A stretch of 64,000 nt of DNA from a virus (IMGVR_UViG_3300033121_001410:6679-70678), one strand, 5' to 3'. Numbered from the stretch's first letter, positions 10,401 through 17,960 are shown. Notes: generated by a model from the letters alone, not told the origin. A program made the numbers and translations.

Positions 10401-10595
10401 GGAAGCGCAGTTGCCATGGCTATGTTACAAGCAATGTCAAAAGATTCTAGAAGTTCTGTTCAATTTGGATGGGGCAATTCAGGACAAGATTTGCCTATGC
10501 GTGGCGGTTGGGGCAATGCCAATCAAAATCCAAGCCCGGCACAACAAAATAGATTTGGCAACTATGATTGGTTTATTAAACTAATAGAAAAATAA
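7026..10595 (+). CDS. terL: Large terminase C-terminal fragment precursor: IntC + two cis inteins + exteins
   Basis: Exteins CAHIENFGDLWTGLQPTLS, TGGSAILISSPLG...IAQELL, CGFNASG...ISADVARG..DDYS..E..NxG...NDDLIMALAIG (gp17-like nuclease). Predicted spliced length 165+19+82+291=557 aa. Confidence 0.95.
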   Translation: MSGQIENYKNISEWEVLTPTGFKSFDGIKKVKKEYSIKLITETGKEITCSGGHQLYIQRNIKDLQEEMFAFADTIEPLIDKIKNKENIFETIISIEKTEEQCELYDLVNVDDGYEYYANDLLSHNCAHIENFGDLWTGLQPTLSCVVGDTLILTDNGFEKIEDYHKGYNIGDYFDLKIPIYGKNGMEETSHGYVSPESDTLIIKTKHGHMVEVTLKHPLYIQNTEISEGGEMIQAKKLSLGDKLRIQIGMKCYGKKSLSETDAKNIGIYHGNKLLVDNKLDVPNDILSANKKTFDCFMKGLLKTGAKENKETINDKLFTISTVSEIFARKLNLLLHNDGYKSNIIEQYNLYTINIPFKETNNEEFYWDEIVSITPSKNKTYDFTVPKTHSFLQNGILGSNTGGSAILISSPLGVGNTFHSIWSKATDNNFNPEDRKGNQEGSNKFYAIELPWTVHPERDEEWYEQQCAELMNDPRRIAQELLCLTPETLITTKAGVKSIFDIKIGDEVLTHNGRYRKVTKKFERDFDNQNEKIYQISTPGNRGTKINITENHPLFGYFWENKKYDLRGISKKKYLEYAENNDKKINSYPLSFISGNTNLSTKHFSNLIHPKFNLNEFLYEQNKHIDLYEMCKNKLKISLIDEENIKYHRQKGSTKKHIDIDYDFGRFLGLFLSEGCIDKRRVSFAFHHDEMDTLGLFVKNYFNKYNILYHDNKRSYSKCYTITTSNKFVIELIKQYINGKYSLDKTINMDLIARTNIDVIKGLLAGIFEGDGSHPVNGNYTNKMNLVCVNDNLLSQVKTLLTSFGIYARIGYWNNKRSYLSFDGINSISVKHRNIKDILENYSSKDFEKNTSRTYFSDRFGFFGKIQYKEINYTGKVYNIEVEEDNSYVVDNCLTVHNCGFNASGNNFIENATLDYLRNNIKTPIAKYGPNNDMYIWEYANSGDRYIISADVARGDADDYSGMYVINANTNVCVAEYKGKMPPDRYAEFLVDVAKKYNNGFIVNEINNVGIATSYALKSTKYPNIYYEKMFNGSLICNNPPEVVGDLVPGFNTNAKSRNEILVKFEASIRNKEIQIFSERLIKELDTFIWDGKKAKAMKGYNDDLIMALAIGVNFIEWGKKNNYEGSAVAMAMLQAMSKDSRSSVQFGWGNSGQDLPMRGGWGNANQNPSPAQQNRFGNYDWFIKLIEK
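7458..8225 (+). mobile_element. Cis intein 2 of terminase (256 aa, degenerate LAGLIDADG)
   Basis: CVVGDTLILTDNG...VTLKHPL...TYDFTVPKTHSFLQNGILGSN/T. Confidence 0.88.
8472..9719 (+). mobile_element. Cis intein 3 of terminase (416 aa, LAGLIDADG endonuclease)
   Basis: CLTPETLITTKAG...ITENHP...FGRFLGLFLSEG...LLAGIFEGDG...VYNIEVEEDNSYVV...TVHN/C. Confidence 0.93.
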
Positions 10596-10616
10596 GATAC
10601 AAACAGTTTTTCCGTA

Positions 10617-10625
10617 TGCTATACT
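10617..10625 (+). promoter_or_regulatory. Extended -10 promoter, likely leaderless
   Basis: TG-C-TATACT ending 6 nt before ATG 10632; no SD. Confidence 0.5.
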
Positions 10626-10631
10626 TGAGAC

Positions 10632-11468
10632 ATGGAAAAAGAACCAGTTATATTGTTTAGAAAAGGCATTGCAGAAACATCGGAGCATGATGTTGCTAGC
10701 AAATATTTTAATGTTTATGATAATCGTACAAAAATACCAGACAACTCAATTGTTTTGGGACGATATTCAGTATTGCCTTTTTATAAAGAACTTGAAGAAG
10801 ATTTAGAATATAAAAATTGCACTTTGATTAATTCATATAGACAACACAGATATATCGCAGATATATCAAATTGGTATTTGGATTTTGAGGATATTACACC
10901 AAAAACATGGTTTGAATTAAATCATGTTCCAAGTAATGCTGGGCCTTTTGTTCTTAAAGGCGAAACTAATTCAAAAAAGTTTAATTGGAAGACACATATG
11001 TTTGCCGAAAACAAAACAGAAGCAAGTAATGTATACGGCAGACTTTTACAAGATTCTTTAATTGGAAACCAAAGAATATGTATAAGGCAATATGTTCCCC
11101 TTAGAGCCTTCACAAAAGACTTCTCAGGGCTTCCGATAACAGAAGAGTACAGGTTCTTCATATTGAATGGCAAAGTCGTTTCTGGGGCGTTCTACTGGGC
11201 TTCTCATGAAGAACTACTTCAAGAGCACAAGGACATAAACCCTGACAATGTTCCACGAGAGTTTCTTAATGATATAATTGATAGAATTGGGAAAAACTCT
11301 AATTTCTTTGTGGTAGATATAGCAAGAACAGAAAAGCCATATTCTACAATGGAAAAACAACAAGAATGGATTGTGGTGGAGTTTAATGATGCACAATCAA
11401 GTGGACTATCCATGTGTGATCCTAATATTTTATATAGAAATATGAAGATGGTAATTAATGAAAAATGA
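10632..11468 (+). CDS. ATP-grasp ligase (R2K/DUF4343-like)
   Basis: FVLKG, IRQYVPL, EEYRFFILNG, FFVVDIA, WIVVEFND. Confidence 0.75.
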   Translation: MEKEPVILFRKGIAETSEHDVASKYFNVYDNRTKIPDNSIVLGRYSVLPFYKELEEDLEYKNCTLINSYRQHRYIADISNWYLDFEDITPKTWFELNHVPSNAGPFVLKGETNSKKFNWKTHMFAENKTEASNVYGRLLQDSLIGNQRICIRQYVPLRAFTKDFSGLPITEEYRFFILNGKVVSGAFYWASHEELLQEHKDINPDNVPREFLNDIIDRIGKNSNFFVVDIARTEKPYSTMEKQQEWIVVEFNDAQSSGLSMCDPNILYRNMKMVINEK

Positions 11469-12267
11469 TGAAATAATTCAATTGTATAATCAAACTAAAA
11501 GTACATATAAAACTGCCGAGATTCTTGGCATTGATAAAAATTATGTTTATAGATTTTTAAAATCTATTAATTATAAATTGGACGGAACTACTGGCCCAAG
11601 ACAAGAAAACAAAATATCAATAAATGAAGAGTATTTTTCTAAAATTGATACTTCTGAGAAAGCTTATTGGTTGGGGTTTATAGCAGCCGATGGGTGCATT
11701 AGAAAACAAAAAAGCGGAAGCTATATGTTAACTTTTTATTTGTCTGAAAAAGACGCACAACAAATAATCGAGTTTAAACAAGCCATCAATTCTAATCATA
11801 ATATATCTATTAGAAATAAAGAAAAAAACAAAGTGGTGGGGTTAACGATTGTTCGTAAAAAATTAACTGATGATTTGATGTCTTTGGGAATTGTTCCAAA
11901 CAAAACATCAACCCCTTTTTATATTCCTGAACAGTTTACAAGCGACTGGCTTCGTGGTTTGTTTGATGGTGATGGATCTTTCTGGGTTAGGAATCGTAAG
12001 AATCAAATAAATCTAAAAAAACAAATCGCTTTTTCTTTTTCATGTTCAACTATAGAGCAAGTTAACCAAATAAAAGATATTTTTATCCAAAATAATATTT
12101 TTGGAGGAACGATATATAAAGCAACAGAAAACGGATATCACTTTACTTTTGAAGGAAATAAAAAAATCGCTAAAATAGCAACTTTAATTTATGGTAATAA
12201 TTCCATGCCAAGGATGGAAAGAAAATATAATATTGTGAAGCATCTTCTTGATGATAAAGTATTTTAA
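11458..12267 (+). CDS. Free-standing LAGLIDADG homing endonuclease
   Basis: N-terminal HTH-like segment; AYWLGFIAADG and WLRGLFDGDG; RKY near C-terminus. Confidence 0.9.
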   Translation: MKNDEIIQLYNQTKSTYKTAEILGIDKNYVYRFLKSINYKLDGTTGPRQENKISINEEYFSKIDTSEKAYWLGFIAADGCIRKQKSGSYMLTFYLSEKDAQQIIEFKQAINSNHNISIRNKEKNKVVGLTIVRKKLTDDLMSLGIVPNKTSTPFYIPEQFTSDWLRGLFDGDGSFWVRNRKNQINLKKQIAFSFSCSTIEQVNQIKDIFIQNNIFGGTIYKATENGYHFTFEGNKKIAKIATLIYGNNSMPRMERKYNIVKHLLDDKVF

Positions 12268-12274
12268 TATCAAA

Positions 12275-13015
12275 ATGACTAAAGTTTATGCGCAGAAGAA
12301 CAAAGATGGCGAATGGGCTAGCGTTCCTGTCTTTGTTGCTGTAAAGGGTTTCTCAGAACGCGGGTATGAAGTAATTCCATATTTGTTTGAAGATATGGAT
12401 AAAATACCCATTACAAGGGAAGATATCGTTGTTGGAGGCATTCAATGTATTAGAAAAGCATTGAACGCATTTGGCGTGGATCCTATAACGTATTCTATTC
12501 CAAATGATAATCTTTTGAAATATTGTAATAGAGCATTTAAAATTATTACCATAGAAGAACTTAATAAAATTGTGTGCTCAGGCTCTTTTAAAAAGTTTTT
12601 TGTTAAGCCATACAAGGAACATAAATTGTTTAATGGACATGTTGTTTCTGAATACAAAGATTTGTTTAAAACAATGCACGTTTCAAAACAACACGAAATT
12701 GTTTATTCTGATTATGTTGATTTTGTAAGTGAGTATAGAATATTTTTAACCCATGGAGAAATTGTTGGAATGAGCCATTATCATGGAGATCCATTAGTTT
12801 TTCCTGATTCTGACACTGTAAAATCTTTAACAAAAGATGCTTATAACACATATAATTTGGACGGGTTTTCTGTTGATGTAGGAATTACATCAGATAATCA
12901 AACACTGTTAATAGAAATAAATGATGGATTTTCTCTTGGGGCCTATGGATTAAATTATTACATTTATTCACATTTGATTGAAGCAAGATGGAAACAATTA
13001 ATTGCTGATAAATAA
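12275..13015 (+). CDS. ATP-grasp ligase (R2K clade)
   Basis: FFVKPYKEHKLFNG, SEYRIF, FSVDVG, LLIEINDGFSLGAYG; start moved to ATG 12275. Confidence 0.78.
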   Translation: MTKVYAQKNKDGEWASVPVFVAVKGFSERGYEVIPYLFEDMDKIPITREDIVVGGIQCIRKALNAFGVDPITYSIPNDNLLKYCNRAFKIITIEELNKIVCSGSFKKFFVKPYKEHKLFNGHVVSEYKDLFKTMHVSKQHEIVYSDYVDFVSEYRIFLTHGEIVGMSHYHGDPLVFPDSDTVKSLTKDAYNTYNLDGFSVDVGITSDNQTLLIEINDGFSLGAYGLNYYIYSHLIEARWKQLIADK

Positions 13016-13034
13016 ACATTCTTTATAAAACAGG

Positions 13035-13062
13035 TTGACATCTTTTATTTTTCATGTATACT
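13035..13062 (+). promoter_or_regulatory. Sigma70-like promoter for tRNA pair
   Basis: TTGACA-16 nt-TATACT, 10 nt before tRNA-Thr. Confidence 0.7.
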
Positions 13063-13072
13063 TAGGAAATAT

Positions 13073-13143
13073 GCCTAGTTAGTTAAATGGAATAACCCCG
13101 CCCTTGTAATGCGGAATCGCCAGTTCAATTCTGGCCCTAGGCT
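13073..13143 (+). tRNA. tRNA-Thr(UGU)
   Basis: Acceptor GCCTAG/CTAGGC, anticodon loop CTTGTAA, T-arm GCCAG-TTCAATT-CTGGC; no encoded CCA; single mismatches in two stems. Confidence 0.85.
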
Positions 13144-13145
13144 AT

Positions 13146-13219
13146 GATGGATTAATATAGCGGTAATATGGCATCCTTCCAAGTTGCACTCATCGGTTCG
13201 AACCCGGTATCCATCACCA
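13146..13219 (+). tRNA. tRNA-Gly(UCC)
   Basis: Acceptor GATGGAT/ATCCATC, loop CTTCCAA, T-arm ATCGG-TTCGAAC-CCGGT, encoded CCA. Confidence 0.88.
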
Positions 13220-13243
13220 TTTTTAACAAAATTATTTAAAAAT

Positions 13244-13849
13244 TTATATGTGGTAATTTTTACAATTATTAAAATGCCATCTGTACATAGTTGTACCACC
13301 TTGTTTTCCGCAATGTGGGCATGTCAAAATTTTTTGACATATTCCTTTTCTTGCTTTAGACATTTTGTTTTTTGTTTCTTGAGTAAGTTTCTTTCCAAGA
13401 TTTGCTTTTGATAATTTTTCTCTATGTTCTTTGGATTTTTTTATTCCTTTCATAGATTTAGACATTTTGTCTTTTAATTCTTTTGAATATTTTCTTCCTT
13501 TGTTCGCTTTTGAAAGTTTTTGTTTTGTTTCCTCTGTAAGAGGTTTAAGTTTTTTTCCTTTATTCCACGGAACCTCTCTGGTTTTGCCACCTGTTCCACC
13601 TTTAGCTAAATTATATCCAATTTTTTTATTAGTCGATTGATAAAATTCAATCCAAAATATTTCTCTAATATTTAAAATTTCTATGGTTTCGCAAACTTCT
13701 ATTGTTTCTTTTATAAAATTTTCTTTTCCATATAATTTTATTGCCTGTTTTAACAGTTTTCCACTTCCAAAATATTTTTCATTGTTTTTGCTATCTTTGC
13801 CAATATAAATTTTATTATTAATTTTATTTGTTATTTTATAAATAATCAT
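13244..13849 (-). CDS. GIY-YIG homing endonuclease with NUMOD3-like repeats
   Basis: IIYKITNKINNKIYIG, YFGSG, RE.FWI, GYNL, repeated EETKQKLSKANKG-type units; start may be further upstream. Confidence 0.9.
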   Translation of the reverse strand: MIIYKITNKINNKIYIGKDSKNNEKYFGSGKLLKQAIKLYGKENFIKETIEVCETIEILNIREIFWIEFYQSTNKKIGYNLAKGGTGGKTREVPWNKGKKLKPLTEETKQKLSKANKGRKYSKELKDKMSKSMKGIKKSKEHREKLSKANLGKKLTQETKNKMSKARKGICQKILTCPHCGKQGGTTMYRWHFNNCKNYHI

Positions 13850-13891
13850 TGCTACTATTTTATCCATTCGCATGTATAATTATTAAACAAT

Positions 13892-14239
13892 ATGAAAATG
13901 AAACAAGTAATAATAATAAGAAAAGATTTAAAAATGAGACGCGGAAAAGAAATTGCACAGGGTTGCCATGCTGCTATAGATGCATATCTACAAACTTCTA
14001 AAGAAGACATTGAAAAATGGAATCTTGGCGGACATAGAAAAATATGTGTTGGAGTAAACTCTCTAAAAGATTTAGAAGAATGTTATGAATCTGCAAAAAA
14101 TAAAAACATTCCATGTTCTTTCATTGTTGATAATGGATTAACAGAGTTTGGTGGAGAGAAGACCCCAACAGCCGTAGCTATAGGGCCAGCACAAGATGAA
14201 ATTGTTGATCAAATATCAGGAAAGCTACAGTTATTATAA
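13892..14239 (+). CDS. pth2: Peptidyl-tRNA hydrolase, PTH2 type
   Basis: KQVIIIRKDLKM..GK..AQ.CHA, KICV, DNGLTEF, TAVAIGP. Confidence 0.92.
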   Translation: MKMKQVIIIRKDLKMRRGKEIAQGCHAAIDAYLQTSKEDIEKWNLGGHRKICVGVNSLKDLEECYESAKNKNIPCSFIVDNGLTEFGGEKTPTAVAIGPAQDEIVDQISGKLQLL

Positions 14240-14242
14240 GTT

Positions 14243-14623
14243 ATGACTCTTTTTAGAGAAAAAAACGAACAATTTCAAATAAATGAAGATTTTGAAAAAA
14301 ATCCTATTTGTTGTGGGTATTCATTAGATGATGACAATTGGGATATTGATCCTAGTTCGCAAATGGAGTGGACATATTCTTCTATTCATAAAGAAAATGA
14401 GTATTCGGATTGTGGGAAGATAGAAATACTTGTGGCAACAAATTGGCTTGTTTGTAGAACCGCAGATGGATTAAAAGAATTACAGCAATGGCATTTTAGT
14501 TTTAAACATTTTTCAATAGATTCCGTGTGTACAGAAATAAAACATACATCTTGTTATTTTGAAGATATCAAGATATTTGAAAACAGTGTAAGAAAACTAT
14601 TCCCCGAATACGTTAAAAATTAA
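14243..14623 (+). CDS. Hypothetical protein
   Basis: 126 aa, starts 3 nt after pth2 stop. Confidence 0.65.
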   Translation: MTLFREKNEQFQINEDFEKNPICCGYSLDDDNWDIDPSSQMEWTYSSIHKENEYSDCGKIEILVATNWLVCRTADGLKELQQWHFSFKHFSIDSVCTEIKHTSCYFEDIKIFENSVRKLFPEYVKN

Positions 14624-14637
14624 TGGTAAATTATTTT

Positions 14638-15246
14638 TTAAAGTTTGCTATCGATTATAGATTTAATTATATTAAAATAAAACATAGCTTTTTGTTCTTT
14701 AAAATTTTTCATTTGACATGTATCAATGATACATAATTCTATTTGTTTCTCTAAACATGCTTGATATTTTCTACTATCGTTGTTTTGAATTGATTCTAAT
14801 TTATCTTTTCCATAAATTGGCTCATAGTGAAATATACCATTTAACTCAACAGCAAAAGATAAAGATGGTATATAAATATCTAGTTCAGAATTGATGGCAT
14901 CCTTTCTGTTAAAATGCATCTCTAAGTTTGGATAATTTTTTTGTAATTTTTCGCGTATCCAAATTTCTAATTTAGAAACTCTAGTTCCGCTAATTTTATG
15001 TACATTATTATATTTTGCAGCGCAACTTTTCGTGCAAAAATTATTTTTACTTATTTGAGAAGGTATTTTTTTAAATCTTTTAAAGCAATTTTTACATTCT
15101 ACATGTAGTTTTTTACTGCGAAAATTATTTCTGCATGAACAAGAACAGAAAAAATGTTTTGTTTTATTTCTTATGTTGGTTTTAAAATCACGACTATTTC
15201 TGGTAAAATTTTTATTACAAAAATCACAATTTATATTATAATTCAT
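14638..15246 (-). CDS. Putative homing endonuclease (Cys-rich Zn motifs + Vsr-like nuclease)
   Basis: Start reassigned to ATG 15246 (MNYNINCDFC); CxxC...FCxxxC twice; ELDIYIP..AVELNGIFHY. Confidence 0.78.
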   Translation of the reverse strand: MNYNINCDFCNKNFTRNSRDFKTNIRNKTKHFFCSCSCRNNFRSKKLHVECKNCFKRFKKIPSQISKNNFCTKSCAAKYNNVHKISGTRVSKLEIWIREKLQKNYPNLEMHFNRKDAINSELDIYIPSLSFAVELNGIFHYEPIYGKDKLESIQNNDSRKYQACLEKQIELCIIDTCQMKNFKEQKAMFYFNIIKSIIDSKL

Positions 15247-15319
15247 TATAATAAATATGGCGAAATTCGAAAATAAGTTTTCGAATCTCTTATTTACCTC
15301 CAATGAAAAGGATAAAACA

Positions 15320-15931
15320 ATGAGTGAAGTTACAATTGAACAAATAAAGTCTTTGAGAGTAAAAACTGGGTTGAGCATCAATCTCTGTAAAGAGGCTTTA
15401 CAAAAAGCCGATGGAGATGAGCGAAAAGCAATTGACATTCTTGAAAAAGAATGCAATGCATCAATTCGCAATTCGACCAGAACGGCTTCAAAGGGCATTA
15501 TAAAGGCATATGAGCACAATGGTTCTTGCCTTGGAGTGCTTGTTGAGATCAATTGTGAAACTGACTCTGTGGCAAAGAACGAAGAGTTTCGTGAGTTTGC
15601 GTTAACAGTTGCAATGCAAATTGCCTCTATGAATCCAGAATATGTGTCAGCAAATGATGTCCCAACAGATGAAATAAATCGTAAACGTGAAGTTTTCAGT
15701 TTTCAACTTGAAGAAGAAATGAATCAAACCGGAAAAAGAAAACCAGAACAAGCGATTCAATCTATCATTGATGGAAAAATCAACAAATGGAAAACTGAGG
15801 TTTGTTTGATGAATCAAGAGATTTTTTCAAGCACAAATAAGCAAACCGTTGAACAATTGTGCAATCTGCTTTCTGTAAAGTTCGGTGAAAAAATCGTTAT
15901 TAAACGTTTTACAAGATATGAAATTGCATGA
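15320..15931 (+). CDS. tsf: Translation elongation factor Ts (short type, 203 aa)
   Basis: IKSLRVKTG...CKEAL..DGD..KAIDIL; GVLVEINCETD.VAKN; AMQIASMNP; DGKINK; GEKIVIKRF; GGA upstream of ATG 15320. Confidence 0.93.
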   Translation: MSEVTIEQIKSLRVKTGLSINLCKEALQKADGDERKAIDILEKECNASIRNSTRTASKGIIKAYEHNGSCLGVLVEINCETDSVAKNEEFREFALTVAMQIASMNPEYVSANDVPTDEINRKREVFSFQLEEEMNQTGKRKPEQAIQSIIDGKINKWKTEVCLMNQEIFSSTNKQTVEQLCNLLSVKFGEKIVIKRFTRYEIA

Positions 15932-16749
15932 GCAAAAAAGATATAGATAAAAATATTCTTTATAGCGTTCTTAATCCAACGCAAGATTTTAAACATAGAA
16001 TGAACTTTTATGTACTAGAATCTTGCGTTGATTATTTCAAACAAGAACAAAGCAAGCATGCATTAGAACAAAAAGAAATATGTATCAAATATAATTTTGA
16101 TGACTCTATCTTTATTACAGAAGAAGCAAAGAATTACATAGACAACGTTCTAATTTGGTTTAATGAAAATGTTTTTAATAAAAAAATAGATAATTTTATG
16201 CAATTATCGCAAGCCCTAGAAAATGATATGATTATCATTAGGCCATATCAAGATACTTATAAAATAATTGCAGCCAGTGTTTGTTTTCCTTCAAATTGGG
16301 ATGTTGGAGAAAAGGTTGGATTGACAATTAATGAATCTCATATGATTGTTCCAAAATTAAACGAACAATTGCAAGACAAAATAAACAAAGGATTGAAATT
16401 AATATCAGACAATAAGTCTTATAAGAGATATAATCTAGGGCTCGCGGCTTCAAATGTTCTGAATCAACATCCAAAGTTAAATAGTGTAAAAAGGCTTGGG
16501 GCCAGTGAAATCAACTCATTAAATGATGTCTATTATAGACTTGAAGAACAAGTTTTTATGAAGATACCAAATACAGATGGTATCTTGTTTAATATAAAGA
16601 TCATAACAGATACAATAGAAAGCATATCGGATGATTATGAATTAATTCTCGGCCTTAAAAAATGGCTGGAAACAATGGATGTTAATATAGCAGAATATAA
16701 AAGTTTAAAGTCATCAAAGCAAAAAATAATCGATCTTTTACACGAATAG
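15928..16749 (+). CDS. DUF3445 / heme-dependent oxidative N-demethylase alpha-like protein
   Basis: ENDMIII..AASVCFPSNW..EKVG..SH..VP.LN; R.EEQ...IP....ILFNIK; ATGA-coupled to tsf. Confidence 0.7.
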   Translation: MSKKDIDKNILYSVLNPTQDFKHRMNFYVLESCVDYFKQEQSKHALEQKEICIKYNFDDSIFITEEAKNYIDNVLIWFNENVFNKKIDNFMQLSQALENDMIIIRPYQDTYKIIAASVCFPSNWDVGEKVGLTINESHMIVPKLNEQLQDKINKGLKLISDNKSYKRYNLGLAASNVLNQHPKLNSVKRLGASEINSLNDVYYRLEEQVFMKIPNTDGILFNIKIITDTIESISDDYELILGLKKWLETMDVNIAEYKSLKSSKQKIIDLLHE

Positions 16750-16759
16750 AACATTCACT

Positions 16760-16787
16760 TTGACAATAATTAAGACTCAGCTATACT
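16760..16787 (+). promoter_or_regulatory. Sigma70-like promoter for tRNA-Met
   Basis: TTGACA-16 nt-TATACT. Confidence 0.7.
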
Positions 16788-16799
16788 GAGTTCAGTTGA

Positions 16800-16877
16800 T
16801 GCGGGATAGAGCAGTCCGGTATGCTTGCAAGGCTCATAACCTTGAGGTCGCAGGTTCAAATCCTGCTCCCGTTACCA
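16800..16877 (+). tRNA. tRNA-Met(CAU), initiator-like
   Basis: TGCGGGA/TCCCGTT with 1:72 mismatch, GAGCAG D-arm, CAAGG-CTCATAA-CCTTG, GCAGG-TTCAAAT-CCTGC, ACCA. Confidence 0.92.
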
Positions 16878-16928
16878 AATATCGTCTCCTTGTTGTTGTT
16901 GTAAAAAAAAGTCCTTAGAAATAAGGCA

Positions 16929-16955
16929 GGGGGATATGGTATCCCCTTTATTTTT
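16929..16955 (+). terminator. Intrinsic terminator after tRNA-Met
   Basis: GGGGATA-TGG-TATCCCC followed by TTTATTTTT. Confidence 0.65.
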
Positions 16956-17004
16956 CAATACCAAATATTGGTATTTAATATTAAAATCAGGAGTATATAA
17001 TAAA

Positions 17005-17223
17005 GTGAGTAAAGATAGAACAGATCATGTAGAATTAACTGGTACAGTAATTGAATCAAACACTGGCATTTTTAAAGTCAAGCTTGATTCTGGTAATGTT
17101 ATCACAGCACGACCATCTGGCAAGATTCGCCAAAATAAAATAAATGTGGTGGTTGGGGACAGGGTAAAAGTAGCATTATCGCCATATGATTTAAACAATG
17201 GTATGATAAAAATCAGATTGTAA
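17005..17223 (+). CDS. infA: Translation initiation factor IF-1
   Basis: GTG start after AGGAG; 72 aa; GTVIE, SGKIR, VGDRVKVALSPYDL. Confidence 0.93.
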   Translation: MSKDRTDHVELTGTVIESNTGIFKVKLDSGNVITARPSGKIRQNKINVVVGDRVKVALSPYDLNNGMIKIRL

Positions 17224-17271
17224 AATATTTTTAAATTAAACATTATATTTAATAAGGTTTAATTTACTTTT

Positions 17272-17304
17272 GGGACTTCATCTAGTTTGAAGTTCCGATT
17301 TTTT
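17272..17304 (+). terminator. Intrinsic terminator after infA
   Basis: GGGACTTCA/TGAAGTTCC stem (one G-U) then T run. Confidence 0.55.
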
Positions 17305-17315
17305 GTTGAGGTATT

Positions 17316-17564
17316 ATGAAAGCAAACAAGTCTAATTCACGAAAGTTTAACAAAGGTGATGTTGTATTCCTAAAAGAAGGATATTATTACATTTACCAGG
17401 CATGGTCTTTGGAGCGAGGATATCCAATAGCACACAGGCCAATGCATGTAAAGCCAAACACCCCCTGTAAGTTTGTAAAAAACAGCCCAGAGGGTCCATC
17501 CTATAAAATTGTAGAAACCCCAAGCGGCGAACATCTTGAAGTTTTGACAGCCATGATTAATTAA
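17316..17564 (+). CDS. Hypothetical protein
   Basis: 82 aa, GAGG SD. Confidence 0.7.
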   Translation: MKANKSNSRKFNKGDVVFLKEGYYYIYQAWSLERGYPIAHRPMHVKPNTPCKFVKNSPEGPSYKIVETPSGEHLEVLTAMIN

Positions 17565-17591
17565 TGGTTAATACTTTTATCAATAATATTT

Positions 17592-17960
17592 ATGATTATT
17601 GATAAAAGGTGTTTTATGTCAACTAAGTTCCTAAAAGAAAATGGCAAATACTATGTGATTATAGACAATAAATGCCATGAAATCACAGAGTTTGTGGAAG
17701 AAGAGATAAAAAACAGAGAAAGAGTAAATCATCTTTTGTCTGATTATTTCAATAATATGTCTAAAGAACAAACATATGAATTGATTGAAATAAAAACAAA
17801 AATGAATACGCTAAAGAAGCATCTGAATGAGATCATAACTAAATCAAACAAAGTTGTTGATGATTGGGCAAAGACTGGCAATGTTCATGGTTCTGTAATA
17901 TCATTAAGACAACAACTTGCTGTTACTAAGCGTTGGGCCGACCAAATTAATTTTAATTAA
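17592..17960 (+). CDS. Hypothetical protein
   Basis: 122 aa; alternative start 17616 after AAGG. Confidence 0.65.
   Translation: MIIDKRCFMSTKFLKENGKYYVIIDNKCHEITEFVEEEIKNRERVNHLLSDYFNNMSKEQTYELIEIKTKMNTLKKHLNEIITKSNKVVDDWAKTGNVHGSVISLRQQLAVTKRWADQINFN

Noticed and set aside
10632-13015. One ATP-grasp gene split by an intron carrying the LAGLIDADG ORF
   Set aside because: Each flanking ORF has a complete set of ATP-grasp motifs
15247-15552. N-terminal extension of ORF 14638-15552
   Set aside because: It is the antisense shadow of tsf; the coherent Zn-finger/nuclease sequence starts at ATG 15246
16936-17004. N-terminal extension of IF-1
   Set aside because: Runs through the terminator; GTG 17005 with AGGAG gives a normal 72-aa IF-1
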